Positions 1-12,610 of a stretch of 64,000 nt of DNA are shown here, piece after piece. The translations under genes were made by a program, and so were the position numbers. Within the stretch, counting starts at the first letter, position 1; each line of letters begins with the position of its first letter. The notes beneath the pieces are model-generated. The model ran no database searches, was not told the DNA's origin, and saw nothing but the letters and a program-made list of their open reading frames with translations. Source of the DNA: Chara braunii (Eukaryota > Plantae > Charophyceae); NCBI GenBank assembly GCA_003427395.1, contig BFEA01000006.1:7074983-7138982 (forward strand), given 5' to 3'.

Positions 1-1356
1 TTCCAAATAGCGAGTCTTTGCGCAGTTTGTTTTTAGGCGAGTGTCATGATGCCACCGGCCATTTTGGGTACAAGAAGACCGCAGCCAACTTGCTGCAGCG
101 GTGCTGGTGGCCCACGATGATGAAAGATGCACAGCTGTACGTGGAAACTTGTCAAGTATGCCAAAGAGACAAGCCCCGTACTCAGGCTCCTCTTGGGCTG
201 CTCAAGCCCCTTCCGATTCCGGAAAGGCCGGGTGAAAGTTTGTCCATGGACTTCATGGATACGCTGGTCACCAGCAAGAATGGGATGAGACAGATCTTTG
301 TCATCGTGGATAGGTTTAGTAAGTTTGCTAGATTAATAGCTATGCCAGAAACAGCGAAGATCGAGTACGTGATCAGGCTATTTAAAGAGAACTGGGTTAG
401 AGACTTTGGACTGCCGAAGTCTATAGTCAGTGACAGGGACGTCAGGTTCACGAGTGAATTGTCTAAGGCCGCTGCAGCTGTACAAGGAACTCAACTGCAG
501 ATGACTTCTGGAAATCATCCAGAAGCTAATGGCCAGGCTGAACAAATGAACCGCGTTGTGCAACACCTATTGAGGCACTACATCAAGCCCAATCAGGTAG
601 ACTGGGACGAAAAGCTTGCTCTAGTCGCCAGTCTATATAACAACGCTATACACAGTGCTATCGGGACGAGTCCTAACAGTCTACAACTGACATTCAAGCC
701 TAGACTGCCCTTAGACTTCCTTCTTCCAGACAACCAGCCAACTGCTACACCGGGCACTTTAAAGTTCACCTATAGATATGAACAGAAGATGCAGGAGGCT
801 GTAGAACACATGCAAAAGGCGCAGGCAGCAATGATAGAGTCTGAGAATAGACACCGCCGCCCTTCTACATTTCAGGTTGGGGACAGAGTCTGGGTCAAGT
901 CTTCAGAACTGGGACAGGAGTTCGGGATATCCTGCAAACTCATGCCTCAGTTGGGAAGTTCTAGACGTAGTAGGGACAGATCCTGATGGTCCATCATATG
1001 TCATCCGTATCCCTGGTCATCTCAGAACTCACCCTGTCTTTCACGCCTCTAAGCTCGCTGCGTTCGAGGAAACTGATCAGTTTCCCTCTCGTCGGTCAAT
1101 GCTGGCCCCAACCATGGACGGAGAAGTCGACATCGATGATATCGTCGACCACAGGGAGATGCCCGTTCAGAAGCCTCCAGGAAGGGGACGTCCTCCAAAG
1201 CCAAAACTGCAGTTCCGTGTTCGCTTCAGACATCACACGGATCCGAAAGAGGACCGCTGGTTTACTCGGGAGGAATTGATGCAGACCGCTCCTCAAATCG
1301 TTGCCCGCTATGAGAAGGATGTATTGAAAGGAAAGCGCCAGATGGCTCAAGATTGA
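1..1356 (+). pseudogene. Ty3/gypsy integrase with C-terminal chromodomain, frameshifted near 950
   Basis: ECHD..GHFG...WW...CQVCQ zinc-binding motif, SMDF, VSDRD, GQAEQMN (DDE), HPVFHASKL and a chromo-like tail (IDDIVDHR...QFRVRF...DRWF). The GP(Y/F/W) motif is lost at the junction of ORFs 18..986 and 877..1356. Confidence 0.9.
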
Positions 1357-1382
1357 TCTTCCCAGAGGACTGACGAAGATAT

Positions 1383-1393
1383 GGAGGAGGGAA
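1383..1393 (+). promoter_or_regulatory. Polypurine tract (PPT) of element A
   Basis: ggaggagggaa just after the integrase stop, immediately followed by TG at 1394. Confidence 0.75.
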
Positions 1394-2154
1394 TGCGAGG
1401 CTACGCCCGCTCAGCCCCTACGGGGCCCTATTTGCAGCAAGGTCGGCCGCCCTAAGTGAAGGCAGGCACAACCGGCCCTTCGGGCCTCGTTTTTCTGGGT
1501 ACCCCGTATTGGGGAAAATTCAGGCAGTTGCGCAGAGTGAACCCAGGCCTTGGGCCGCCTGTGTGAATGTACGAAGTACAGGCCCTGGGCTGGATTCAGG
1601 TACCAGGCCGAACACAGGCCGAAAGCAGTTGGGCGCATGCAACCACTTTAGGCCCAAGGCCTGTTTTCCTCGTGACTGGGCCTCAGGCTACCGGGTCCTA
1701 CTGGAAGCTTGCTGGACTGGACGCAGGCAGGCCACTTCGATACAGGGAAGGGCCTGCCTCTCATTTCGGCATTCGGGTGCTGGCTGCATGCTGCGCGAGC
1801 GCTGCTGCGCTATCTGCTGGCTGGCTGGCACTCACGCTCTCACGGATGAGTAGGAGGGAGCACGCAGCCATAGCCAAGCTGCGCTGCTGTATCCTAGGTG
1901 AAGCGCAGGGTGGTCCTTGGGTGCTAGTGGCATCTGTGAGGTGTGGATCGGGGTTGTGAGTGTTACGAGACATACCTGGTGCTGAAGCGTGCGACTTTGG
2001 TCGCCATATGCTCGTACTTCGGGAACGCTGTTGATGTCATCATTCTGCTTCGTAGTATAGGCTAGATAGGACCTGCCACATGTAGTCAGGGCGCCAAGCG
2101 CCAATAGGATATCAACTCTGGTTCGTAGTTGATGATGATGGGACTACTTCAGCA
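1394..2154 (+). repeat. 3' LTR of element A (end approximate)
   Basis: Starts with TG after the PPT, rich in GGCCC/AGGCCT, candidate CA end at 2153-2154. No partner LTR in the window. Confidence 0.55.
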
Positions 2155-2187
2155 TTGTCAATTTTGAACTCTTGGTGTGTTCTTATT

Positions 2188-2307
2188 NNNNNNNNNNNNN
2201 NNNNNNNNNNNNNNNNNNNNNNNNNNNNNNNNNNNNNNNNNNNNNNNNNNNNNNNNNNNNNNNNNNNNNNNNNNNNNNNNNNNNNNNNNNNNNNNNNNNN
2301 NNNNNNN
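2188..2307. other. Assembly gap (120 N)
   Basis: Run of n. Confidence 1.
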
Positions 2308-3223
2308 CACTTGGCCTTTTTGAAGGGGAAAAAAGAGTTCGCTCAGCCACCTTTGCAACCCGTTCAAATGTTTGATATGCTTGTCATTTTCGGGGTGGGT
2401 GGTAAACTTTGGGCATGAGTACGGTTGGGCATGAGTATGGTTGGGCATGGGTGGATGAAGATTGGTCGTGGGTGCAGGCGGATGCGGGTGGAGAAAATTT
2501 AGGCCTGGGTGTGGCTGGGTCGGAGAAAGGATTCTATTGCAGATGCTGGGTGAACTGGACACGCTTACAAAAAGAAATTAATTAGCTCGGGTGGGGTGGG
2601 TCTGTGTGAAGGAAAAAAAAATGACGTGGGTGGCACTGGGTGCGGGTACACATGATATATCAAGGCTTGGATTGGGTAGGATTTGGGTGGGAGGAAAATT
2701 TTGTTTGGCGACCTCTGATCTGGACTCAAACTCGGGTCTGTATTTCAACAGTTCATGGGTGTACCAACTGAGCTCATTTCTTATGTCTGCCTCACTCGTA
2801 TGCAGAATACGTTGTCATCAAGAAATCATATGCCCTCTGGACGGTAGTTGCTTGTTTTTGCTCTTATTTCCCCAGATGAGGTGTGAACGTGCAAGTGAAA
2901 AAGCTGGAAGCGAAAAAGTCGTAGGTGAAAAAGCATTAGTTGAAAAAGCCTGACGAAGCTGACATCCTTCAGAGACAGAACCTAGCGAGAAGAGCATTGA
3001 GAGGACCGCAAAGTGAGTAAGGAGGTGTGCAGAATGAGTTCAGAAGTTAGGATGACCAGTCTACTCCCTGGTGGACTCTGTTTAGAGGTACCTTATCCGG
3101 CCCTCAACCTACACAGCCGTATAGAAAAGAAGGGGAAGGAAAAAAAGAAGAAAAAGCTGAAGGCACAGGTTGCTCAAGCTGGAAGACCTGCATGGGGACA
3201 GAATTCACACACTTGACAGCATG

Positions 3224-3262
<39 letters not shown>
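3224..3262. repeat. (GA)n microsatellite
   Basis: Direct inspection. Confidence 0.95.
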
Positions 3263-3266
<4 letters not shown>

Positions 3267-3528
3267 CAGAATACTGTTCTTTTGGAGAATCTCTATCTCC
3301 CTTTGTGTGTCCTTTCTTGTGACTGTGCCTTGGCTGGGCAAGTGGTCAGGTGAAATTTGCCACATGGGGAGTCCTCTGCTGACCCCCGGCCATCGTTTGT
3401 TGTATGCCAGACGTACAGTATACGGATGTCAAGCATTCTCCTATTTTCCGAGGGAAGAGGATTCTGTTTGTGTTTGTTATGAGATTGCTGGACGCTGACA
3501 GAAGCTACATTGGCAATTGTCTCTCCAG

Positions 3529-3733
3529 AGCACAAGGTGATGGAGCAAGCAGTGGCAGAGGTGGAGGAGGGGGAGGAGGAGGTGGGGGGCTCTCAGCTAG
3601 CGAGCGGCTTTTGTCAACCTTGCTGACGGAAATGGATGGATTAGAGCTGGCGCACGGTGTGCTTGTCCTTGGTGCCACGAGCAGGCCTCAGATTATTGAC
3701 AGCGCTCTCCTACGGCCTGGGCGCTTTGATATG
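3529..3733 (+). CDS. CDC48B: Penultimate coding exon of a CDC48B/SPATA5L1(AFG2B)-like AAA+ ATPase (second AAA domain, SRH region)
   Basis: Acceptor ctctccag| at 3528. Translation [44 protein letters not shown] contains the AAA SRH and arginine finger. Donor ATG|gttggt at 3733/3734, phase 0. Confidence 0.85.
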
Positions 3734-3894
3734 GTTGGTTGATTCTAAATTCTATACTTTTCTTCTTGTGATAAAGCTGGCTGTGTGCTTTCCCACATCC
3801 ACAATCTAGTTGTGTGAAATATTGCTTTGCTGTTGCATCTGTTGTCTGAGGCGCGGGTGATTTGCACAGCGTAGACAGCCATACTAGCACTATG

Positions 3895-4058
<164 letters not shown>

Positions 4059-4074
4059 CAGGAGAGCTTGCCTA

Positions 4075-6324
4075 TGAAAAAAACTGATGGATCAGGAGAC
4101 TGTGCAGATGAGACAGCTAGGGGGTGAAGGAAGAAGGTAAGACTACTCTGGTGCCTAAATCCACGTAAAAGGAATATGCGCGGTTGGAGGCAGGGACTCA
4201 CAGTTGCCGGTTGAATCCCCGCACTAAGTCCGTCATCTGACCCACAGTCGCTGGTTGAATCCCCTTCCTTCCCCAAACTAGTGCCTAAGGCCAGCCTCCG
4301 TTTTTTTCATGTTCTAGCCCTTTCTATGCAGCTCAAGCTTCGGGAGAGCAGGGAGTCTAGCCCCTGTCCTCTAAAAAAAGAAGCTGGGCAACCATTGTGT
4401 GCTGCTCGTGCTCAGAGTACTGCAAGGAATATGAGTGTGAACGATGTACAGAAAACCTATTTGCGAAATCACACAGTTGTCCAAGTAGTCGTGTACAAGC
4501 AGAGAGCACAATTGCACCGAGAATCCATCCAAATAGAGCAAGACAATGAAGTAATGAGCCAATGTTCAAGCCCTCAGGCCACACCAACAGAATATTTAAA
4601 GTCGCTCCTCTCTGTCTGGTGCCCAGCACCTAGCCTACCCTACTCGACTATCCTACCTACAGCTGTGTTCACGCAACAGGCTCACTTCGACTCTCGAAGA
4701 CCAATGTACATGATGTCAACACCATAGCCGACCTCTCTTCATGCACCACGTACGTATCTTGTCACCCTCATCAGACTTTGATAACCCACACACTCTCCTC
4801 ATTCCCTGAAGACCACCACATCGCCCTCTTACCCCCTAGCGCCCAGCGGCCCGGCTATGGCTGCGTGCGCACCGCTGCCCTGCAGTGCCCCACTTCACCT
4901 CAACGCGCCCTGCAAGCGCACTGGCTGCAACGCAGCATCCAATGGAGCAGCGCAGCAGCCTGACCGCATTGCCTGTGCGGGCCAGAATACCTGGCCAGGG
5001 CTGCCTCTGTTCCTATATGGAAGTGGCAGCCTCCTGGATGCTGCGTGTGGCCTGGCTGGAAGCGTCCAGTAGCTTCCTGTTGGGCCCCTGTTCCTGCGCC
5101 CAGGCCAGAGACTACAGTTGAGGGTGTGGGCCCTTTACGGTTGGGCACGGCCTGAGTCTCCGAACTTGGGCTGTTTGCTGCATTCGCACATGTTGCATAC
5201 TCGTGAAACACAGTCATAAGTATGGCGCAGATTCCCAGAACCGACCAGATAATACAGAGTTGATACAAATGCAAGCGGAAGACTTGAGATACCTTGGACT
5301 GCCTCGGACCTGACTCGGACTGCAATCGAACACTCTCAAACATTCATCAGGGGTGTGAATGCCCTGGCCTCCGACATAGACGAAGCGGCAGGGGCTGAGA
5401 TCATCCACGGACGAAGGGGGAGAGGAGAGAGACAAAGGAGGAGGAGAGGGAAGATGACGTCAACTCAATGTTTCCAAAGATAGTATCTTGAATTGTCAGG
5501 AGTGACGAAAATCTGAAATGTCGCGAATGCCAAGTCTCACAATATCCTAGATATCGATCTCACAATGTCAAGTACATCTCCGGAAGGAAGATGAAATCAG
5601 ACCCCCAAATAGTCCTCAACTCGTAGTCCCAATGTCGCTGTTCCAAATGTTATCAAAGTTCGTAACCATCCTTCACACAGTAGTCCCGTAGGAGAACCCA
5701 GAAGTAGATTGTGACTGAGAAGGTAGGAGGAGAGAGAGAGAGAGAGAGCGAGAGGAGAGAGGAGCGATGGAGGGGAAGAGGGAGAGAAGGCGAAGCCTTC
5801 CTCCCTGATACCTGGTACCGTCGCTATGGCGCTGCAAGGGGCTGGGCCGGTAACCGGTGCTGCGCCCAAGTGCTGCGCTAATCTGCTCGCCGCTGGCCTC
5901 TTCGCTCTCGCTGCTCCGTGTTGTGCTGCAGCGCTGCGCTAAATGAGCTAACGCTGAAGCCGATGCGCCAATCCTGAAGACTAACTTCTAGCCTTACTAA
6001 CCTCCCTACTAAGGCTGGTACCCAGCCTTTTGTAGTGCTGGGCCTGCCTCCTACCCGCTGGTACCTACCGGCCTGGACCGTTGATCCAGATCAACGGTCC
6101 AATTTTAAAACTGGTTGGCCCCTAAACTGTGGCAGCCTCTGAAACGTTGTCGGTAGGTCCTAGGCTGGACCGGTACCGGCCTTGTGGCCGTTTGGCCTGG
6201 GCCTGCCTGAACCGCCGTGGTCCAGGCCCATCTGGGCCTCATCTGAACCGTCGTGCCTTAGGCCTACCCTGCCTGTTTGGAACTGGGCCCTAATTGGGGC
6301 CCGTGTGGCTCAGAATGCCACACA
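4075..6324 (-). repeat. 3' LTR (~2.2 kb) of a minus-strand chromovirus-type element (element B); left end approximate
   Basis: On the minus strand it begins TGTG directly after PPT aagggggggag. Its GGCCC-rich start resembles LTR A. Confidence 0.6.
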
Positions 6325-6335
6325 CTCCCCCCCTT
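6325..6335 (-). promoter_or_regulatory. Polypurine tract of element B
   Basis: Minus-strand aagggggggag, 10 nt after the chromodomain stop codon. Confidence 0.8.
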
Positions 6336-6345
6336 GAAGACCGAG

Positions 6346-6750
6346 CTAACTGCGAGGGCGAAGCTGTCTGTCCGATGTCCGTACAGGGCGGGCAAGTCGC
6401 TGTTTTTCGTAATGCGCGAAGATGAGGGGTGTTGTCGCCTTCAGGTCAGCTCTTGAAATCCAGCGTGTGTCATTCGGATCGAATTGCTTAAATGTAACTT
6501 TGTACTGCATAGGCTTGTTGCCATGCTTGCAATGCGTGAGGACGCGGTCGACCTCCTGATGACCATCCATTGAAGGAGGGTCTTGTGACCGTCTGCCCGG
6601 GAAATCCACTGCGGAGGCTGGAGTGTAAACCGCCAGCTTTGAAGCGTGAAAGATCGGGTGGACCGTCAAATGCGGGGGGATCTCAATGATGAAAGATGGA
6701 CCCGTGGGGTCGTCGCCAGCTGCTGAAGTGACCATCCATGGTCCAAGGAA
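6346..6750 (-). pseudogene. Integrase C-terminus (GPW motif) plus chromodomain fragment
   Basis: GPWMV..GDDPTGPSFIIEIPPHLTVHPIFHASKL..QEVDRVL..QYKVTFK..DTRWIS, homologous to ORF 877..1356. Confidence 0.85.
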
Positions 6751-6904
6751 AAAGTTCAGACTAAAGCGAGGTCTCCTCTTCGTGGATGGCAAGGGAGGAC
6801 TGCCTCCACTAAGAGTGGTCTGTGGTAAAGAGAGACAGATGGAGATAATTGGTGCTCTACATGAGGGGGTTGCAGGTGGCCACAGAGCTGTTGAGGCAAC
6901 CTAC
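6751..6904 (+). pseudogene. Inverted ~155-bp fragment of an integrase zinc-binding N-terminus from a different gypsy lineage
   Basis: KFRLKRGLLF..RVVCG..IIGALHEGVAGGHRAVEATY (H...GGH of H2C2). Resembles the LHDGPTGFHR region at ~44700 rather than element A. Confidence 0.7.
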
Positions 6905-8441
6905 CCAATCAACAGACTCTTAATCTCTTCCTTATGAGGAATACACAATCTTTGTTCGGTTTGGTCAATCAAGAACAACAACCCATCAGTCAGTCTATAA
7001 TTGGGTAGTTGGGATGGATCTCGTACAAGGATATCCATGATTGGTTTCGAGATAGGATCAGTAGCATATCCTTGGCGAATCTGGTTTTTCAAATTTTCAG
7101 GTCATTCCCGACATCCAAGTAAGAAACAATTACGCCAAAGAAATCACTGCGTGGGGACAAAGCATCTGCAACTACATTAGATTTACCTTTGATAGTCTTG
7201 AGTACAAAGTCAAAGGTGTCAATGAATGCAGACCGTCTTACCAACTTGTCAGAGAGTCTAGACTGTGTATTTTTCCTCTTTCGGGTCGAGTGGTCTGAGT
7301 ACACAGTGAAGTGTCTCCCTAAGAGGTAGTGCCTCCATGTGTCCAACGCACAGACTAAGGCATAGAGTTCTCTTTCATACGTGGAGCTGGTGACTTTGTC
7401 AGACGACAATCGTTTGGACATAAATTTTATGGGCCTATAGCCCTTGCCGTCATCTTGTTGGAGAACAGCGCCAATCCCATCCTGACTTGCGTCAGTGGCG
7501 ACAATGAAAAGCAAAGACGGGTCAGCAATCTTAAGGACAGGGTAGTGAGTCAGTGCATACTTCAATTTCCGAAGGGAAGGCTCACAGTCCTTATCCAACA
7601 ACCAGATAGTTTCTTTCTTTAACAATCTTCGCATTGGTGCAACAATCAGTGAGAAGTTTCTGACAAACTTCCTATAATAACTAGCTAGACCAAGGAAAGA
7701 TCGCAGTTCAGTAATAGACTTAGGTTGTGGCCAATCTCTAATTGCTGATATTTTTTTCTCTTTCGGACTTAGACCTTCGTTTACTATGTGTCCCAGGTAT
7801 GACACTTTGGACTTAGCAAACTCAGACTTCTTTGAGTTGATTTTAAAGTTGCCCTCAGGCAACTTCCCTAACACCAGACGAAGGTGCTTTTCATGATCCT
7901 CTAGTGTTTTGTTGTACACTAGAATATCATCGAGATAGACAATGGCAAAGTCATCCAACCATTGACGTAACAAGTAATTCATTGACCTCTGAAAAGTGGC
8001 AGTGGCATTCGTTAATCCGAAAGGCATTACCACGAACTCATAGTGGCCATACCTGGTCTGGAAAGCGGTCTTATGCAAATCGAAGGGTTCCTCCTCGATC
8101 TGGTGATACCCAGATTTCAAGTCGATCTTGCTAAAGTACCTGCATCCCTGTAACTGGTAAAGTAAGCCGTCAATGCGAGGAAGCGGTTTAACATTCTTAA
8201 CAGTGACGACATTCAACCCTCTATAGTCTATATAGAGACGTAACTCACCTTCCTTCCTAGGTACAAACAAGACAGGAGCACCATAAGGAGAGGAGCTAGG
8301 GCGAATCCATCCTTTTTCTGTAAGGTTTTGCAGTTGTTTCCTTAATTCCTCAAGTTCCCTAGCAAACATTCGGTAGATAGGGCCGTTTGGGAATCTTACT
8401 ACCAAGAATAATTTCAATGGTGTGCTTAATTGCACACTCAA
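6905..8441 (-). pseudogene. Ty3/gypsy RT-RNase H and start of integrase (element C), truncated before the H2C2 motif
   Basis: PSSSPYGAPVLFV, IDYRGLN, IDLKSGYHQI, VMPFGLTNA, YLDD, TDASQDGIGAVL, ERELYA, SDH, NVVADALS; contains frameshifts. Confidence 0.93.
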
Positions 8442-9243
8442 CTATTCCTGTTGGTTCAGTGAGTAATTCTTTATACTCGTTTAAGAGTTTTTCAATCGAA
8501 GGAGAATAGAAAGTAGAAGACTCACCTGCTTTGTTTACTAAGACCATTATTACTTCCTGTTCCAGCCTTTTCTTTGAAACCATCGATCGAAATGCTGGAT
8601 AACTCGTACAACAGAAAGACAGACTAGAGTTAGAGCCAAACTTATGGTACAATTTGAGAGGTTTCAATTCAGAGTGTGCATCCCGCAGTTGCACTACCTT
8701 TTCCTTGAACTTGATTTCTGGGTTGGCTTCCTCATGCCAGTCCATTTCCAGAATCAAGTCAAAGGGTAAATTCTTCTCTACAAGGAAGGATACCTCGTGA
8801 AAAATTTTCTTCCCTCCCTTGGTCCGAAATCGACATTTGACACGATCAACACATTGCGAGATAGTGATCATGCGTTTGTCAGCGAGAATAAACGTGATAG
8901 TTCGAGACATATCTTTTACCTTCATTCCGAGATGCAACTTGCAAATTGCCTTCTCAGATATGTAGGATCGCGTTGATCCTGAGTCCAACAGTGCACCTAC
9001 ACGTGTATGTGCAATCTCTACATCCGCGAGTAGTAGGTCACCCTTAGACTTCGATTTCTTAGCCCACGAGCTTCGTAATGCTAGCAACTCGTTACCAAGC
9101 TCGTCAAGAGAGTCATCCAGAGAGACAGTACATAAGAAAGGTTCAGGGTGTTCCGGACGATGAGCCGAAGAAGAACCATCCTCTGCCATGCAAGTAAAAG
9201 GGTTAGAAGGGTTAGTAGGCGCCTTACCTTCATCTTGATCCAA
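8359..9243 (-). pseudogene. Retrotransposon aspartic protease region (element C)
   Basis: ALLDSGSTRSYI active site and DLILEMDW motif. Confidence 0.88.
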
Positions 9244-9299
9244 AACCTTAGACTCAGTAGGAGCAGATGCTACTCCAACTGGCGGCTCACTTTTGGGTT

Positions 9300-11106
9300 A
9301 CGGATAAGTGGGCACCATGCAATCACATGCTATGGGGTACCACACTTCAGACATTGTGCATTATCCATTCTTTCCTGACTCGTTTCCTGTGACAGGCCCA
9401 TCTTTTCCCATGGTCTCCCCGCCGCAATCCCGGGATGCTCTGGGAACGAGCGTGGCTTCTTCTTCTTTACTGGCGGTCGATGTCCTCCCTTGTTGACCAC
9501 AACAGCAGTGACTTCCCCCTTCCCGAAATCACTGTTGCTCGCCACACCCTCGGCCTCCAATGGCCACTTCTCCATAGTATCGTCATCAAAGACGACGAGG
9601 GTGTGGTCCTGGCGCTTTTGGCGCCAAAGTATCTGCTTTCCTGCAGTTGCACCACCACCAAACTTGACAACAGATGTATAGGAGTTCTTAACTTGCGAGG
9701 TGCAGAGCCAGATCACGAAACTGCCTATAATTGTATGTACCAGATTTTGATTCTGCCACGAGTTGTCCACGAATGGGTTCGGGCAGAGCGCGGGAATAGA
9801 TATACAAGACTTGGTTGTCTTGCAGGTTCAGTCCTGGAACCTGCAACAACCGATCAACTTCCCGAGACAAAGCTTCTTCCGAGGTCCAATGTTTTTGACC
9901 AATGGTAGTGAGCTGGTCAAAGGCCTTGTCGACTGTTGTCTTATCCAAGAAGTGTTCCTTGATCTTGCCAAGGAATTGCTTCAGATTCAAGGTTGCTGCC
10001 CACTCCCCAATGTCATCGAACTCCATTGCGTTGGCTTTGGCCAATACCCATTCCTTAGCTTCCCCCCCCAAGACAAGAAGTAGAGAAAGCAACCTCGGAT
10101 TCGGGTTCAACAGGGGCCGTTCCACAATATGTTTGTATTTCAGCAATCCACAACAACAGATTCTCATATTTGTTGCAGAACGTGAAAGGCAGTTTCATCT
10201 TTACCTTTTCTTTTTTTTTTGGTTTCTCCGGATCCGCATTTACCTTGACCGGCGACTTCCGGGAATCGGGAGACTTAGGAGGTGGAGAGGGAGGAGGAGA
10301 GCTCGGTGGAGAAGACGGCGTACTGGGAGGTCCTCCTCCATTAGACGACTTCTGATCTTTAGGAACAACGGACTTCATTGCGCCACTCATCAATTTCTTC
10401 TCTTCTTTCTTATCTTCCTTACCTTCTTTTAATTTACCTTCTACTGGATTCTTCCCTTTCACAATATTTGTGACAGTTCGTAATCCTACAACAATCTCGT
10501 CTAACTGATTTTGTTGTCTCTCAATTTTTTCTTCCAAGAAGGTAAGGTAAGTCATGATGTGATACAACGTTTGTGTTATGTCCGTTTGTTCCTTACCTTT
10601 CCCATTACTTGTCTGATTTCCTTTACCTTTTGTTCTCGTCTCAGTTCCTGTTCGTGTTTCCGGGCTAATTTTTCTTTCATCCTTTCTTCTGCAGCCAACG
10701 TCTCTCTTAATTGCTGGATGTTCGCGTCAATCGTAGCCTCGGTCACTTCTGGTCTGATTTCCGCTTTCCTAGACAACTCCATGACTTCTTCCAGCTGTTT
10801 GATAGCAAACTGGTCCAGCGCCTGTCGGCACTGGGCCATCATTTTAGACACTTCGGCCCCGGCAGCCACAACTTTCGCGACCATAATTGCTTGCTTCAAA
10901 CAGTTCTCTACCGTCTGCAAATCAAACAGATTACGAACGTGCTGTTCGGCGTCCAGTCCGAACAGATGCAAATCATTCGATAGCTGGTTCCATAGAGCCA
11001 ATAACTCTTGTTTCTTTGTCTCCGCCTGTTTCCTAGTCTGGGGATCGGAGGATCCTTTGCCCGCAAAGAACGTCATCAGGAAAAGAAGCAAGAGTATTTT
11101 CCACAT
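9300..11106 (-). pseudogene. Gag of element C (coiled-coil N-terminus, Pro-rich linker, capsid, CCHC knuckle), frameshifted
   Basis: ORFs 10576..11106, 10055..10567, 9688..10167 and 9330..9770. ENLLLWIAEIQTY, RALPEPIRGQL, and CLKCGTP*HVIAWC (CX2CX4HX4C with a stop). Confidence 0.8.
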
Positions 11107-11514
11107 GCTAAATATCTTGGACGTCAGGTTTGAGGAAATATTTGCAATAATGGAACAGAAAAATAAAGAGAAATAATAAAAAGGAACAAATCTCTACTTA
11201 TATTAATTGTTGTTTTTTTGTTTGTGTGATGACGTCCTATTCGAGAGTGTACAGGTACCACATCAGGCCCGTGTGATCAGATACAACACACAAGTAAGTA
11301 CGCACAACACCACAACACAGCAAACGACAAGGTAAGTATGCCAACAACAACAACAAACAATTTGTCAGCACTCTTCTTCTTTCAACTGAGTCAATCCAGG
11401 TCTCAATTGCGATGATGCACCCTCCTTGACAGCTGGCACTACAGCTGTCTCGTCAATCATTCAATCAGTCGTACCACCGCCGTCTTTGGAGTGCTTCTCT
11501 TACTTGGCAGCCAC

Positions 11515-12610
11515 TTGCCTGCCACGTGTCATCCCTGGAGTGCTAACATAGCAGATCCTGCCACATCAGCACTATTGTCCAGTCAATCAATAAAGGGATG
11601 CCACGTCAGCAATTGTGTGCTCCGTCCTTTCCACGTGCCACTTCCACACGTCGTGTCGTGATACCGTCGCTGTTCCAGCCAATTGGACAATGCCACGTCA
11701 ACCAATGGAGACTGATGCCACGTCAGCAGGAAGTCAACACCTCAAGAAGACAAGTGTGGTGACTTTTCCTCTGCCACGTCAGCAATCAGTCCTGACTTTC
11801 CCAAAGGCCACGTCACCAACAACCAGGTCTTCAGACGCGGCACATGATATGCCACGTCAGCAAGGGATCGTGATGCCGCTTCACTATCGCGATCCAGGCT
11901 GGCGTGCGGTAACTCTCAGTCGCGGTCCCTACTGCTACGTCAGCAGCCACGTCAGGATCTTCCCTCGCCAGTGAAGTCTCTACCACGTCAGCAACTCTGG
12001 CGGTCGTCGTCGATGTCAATCCCGGTTCTCATCACCTTCGGCACGCGCGCATCTTACCTGGCGCCAACTGGCGCGCGCGTGTGTGTCGTCGTCGTTGTCA
12101 GGAGTATTGTTCCGATACCAAATTGCAATGAACCCAGATAGTGAAGACAGTTGTCAACAATGCAAGTCCAGATGAGTGTGAACCAGCTGATGATTATCAA
12201 TAATCATATTCGTTTCCAGATAACCAGGAGAAAAGAAGACATACATAGACGAAGTAGGGGAAGATAGAACAATGCCCACTGCTTCTCCGGGCTCCCTCCA
12301 CAATCACCACCTCAATAATCAATGATCTGAACGAGTATCTGAAGTAACCTCAATGTGCCACGTGGCACCTCTAATCGGTCCCTCATCAGCGCTGGAATAA
12401 TGCCGACATGAAGACAACCAGGTATGTATCCACGATCTCTCCACAGTCTTGATCTCCTTCTGAATGACGATAATTAGAACAACAACACAATTCACATTGC
12501 TTCGCCTCGTCAACCAGTAGTATACGTGGCAGCACTCGCATCAGCCACCAGTAGTACACGTGGAAGCAGCCACGTCAGCGACAGTGCATGGCAGCCGCCA
12601 CGTCAGCATG
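11515..12610. promoter_or_regulatory. Dense cluster of GCCACGTCAGC / CACGTG (bZIP-type ACGT) motifs in the leader and 5' LTR of element C
   Basis: About 15 copies, e.g. near 11600, 11692, 11717, 11773, 11807, 11851, 11946, 11983, 12569, 12597, plus palindrome tgccacgtggca at ~12356. Confidence 0.6.
12109..12120 (-). promoter_or_regulatory. Primer binding site (tRNA-iMet type)
   Basis: Minus-strand TGGTATCGGAAC (canonical TGGTATCAGAGC), 3 nt from the LTR end CA. Confidence 0.8.

Larger units (their letters stand above)
1..2154 (+). mobile_element. 3' part of a Ty3/gypsy chromovirus-type LTR retrotransposon (element A), apparently inside an upstream intron of the CDC48B-like gene
   Basis: Integrase H2C2, core and chromodomain, followed by a polypurine tract and a TG-initiated GC-rich LTR-like segment. 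Right boundary approximate. Confidence 0.85.
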
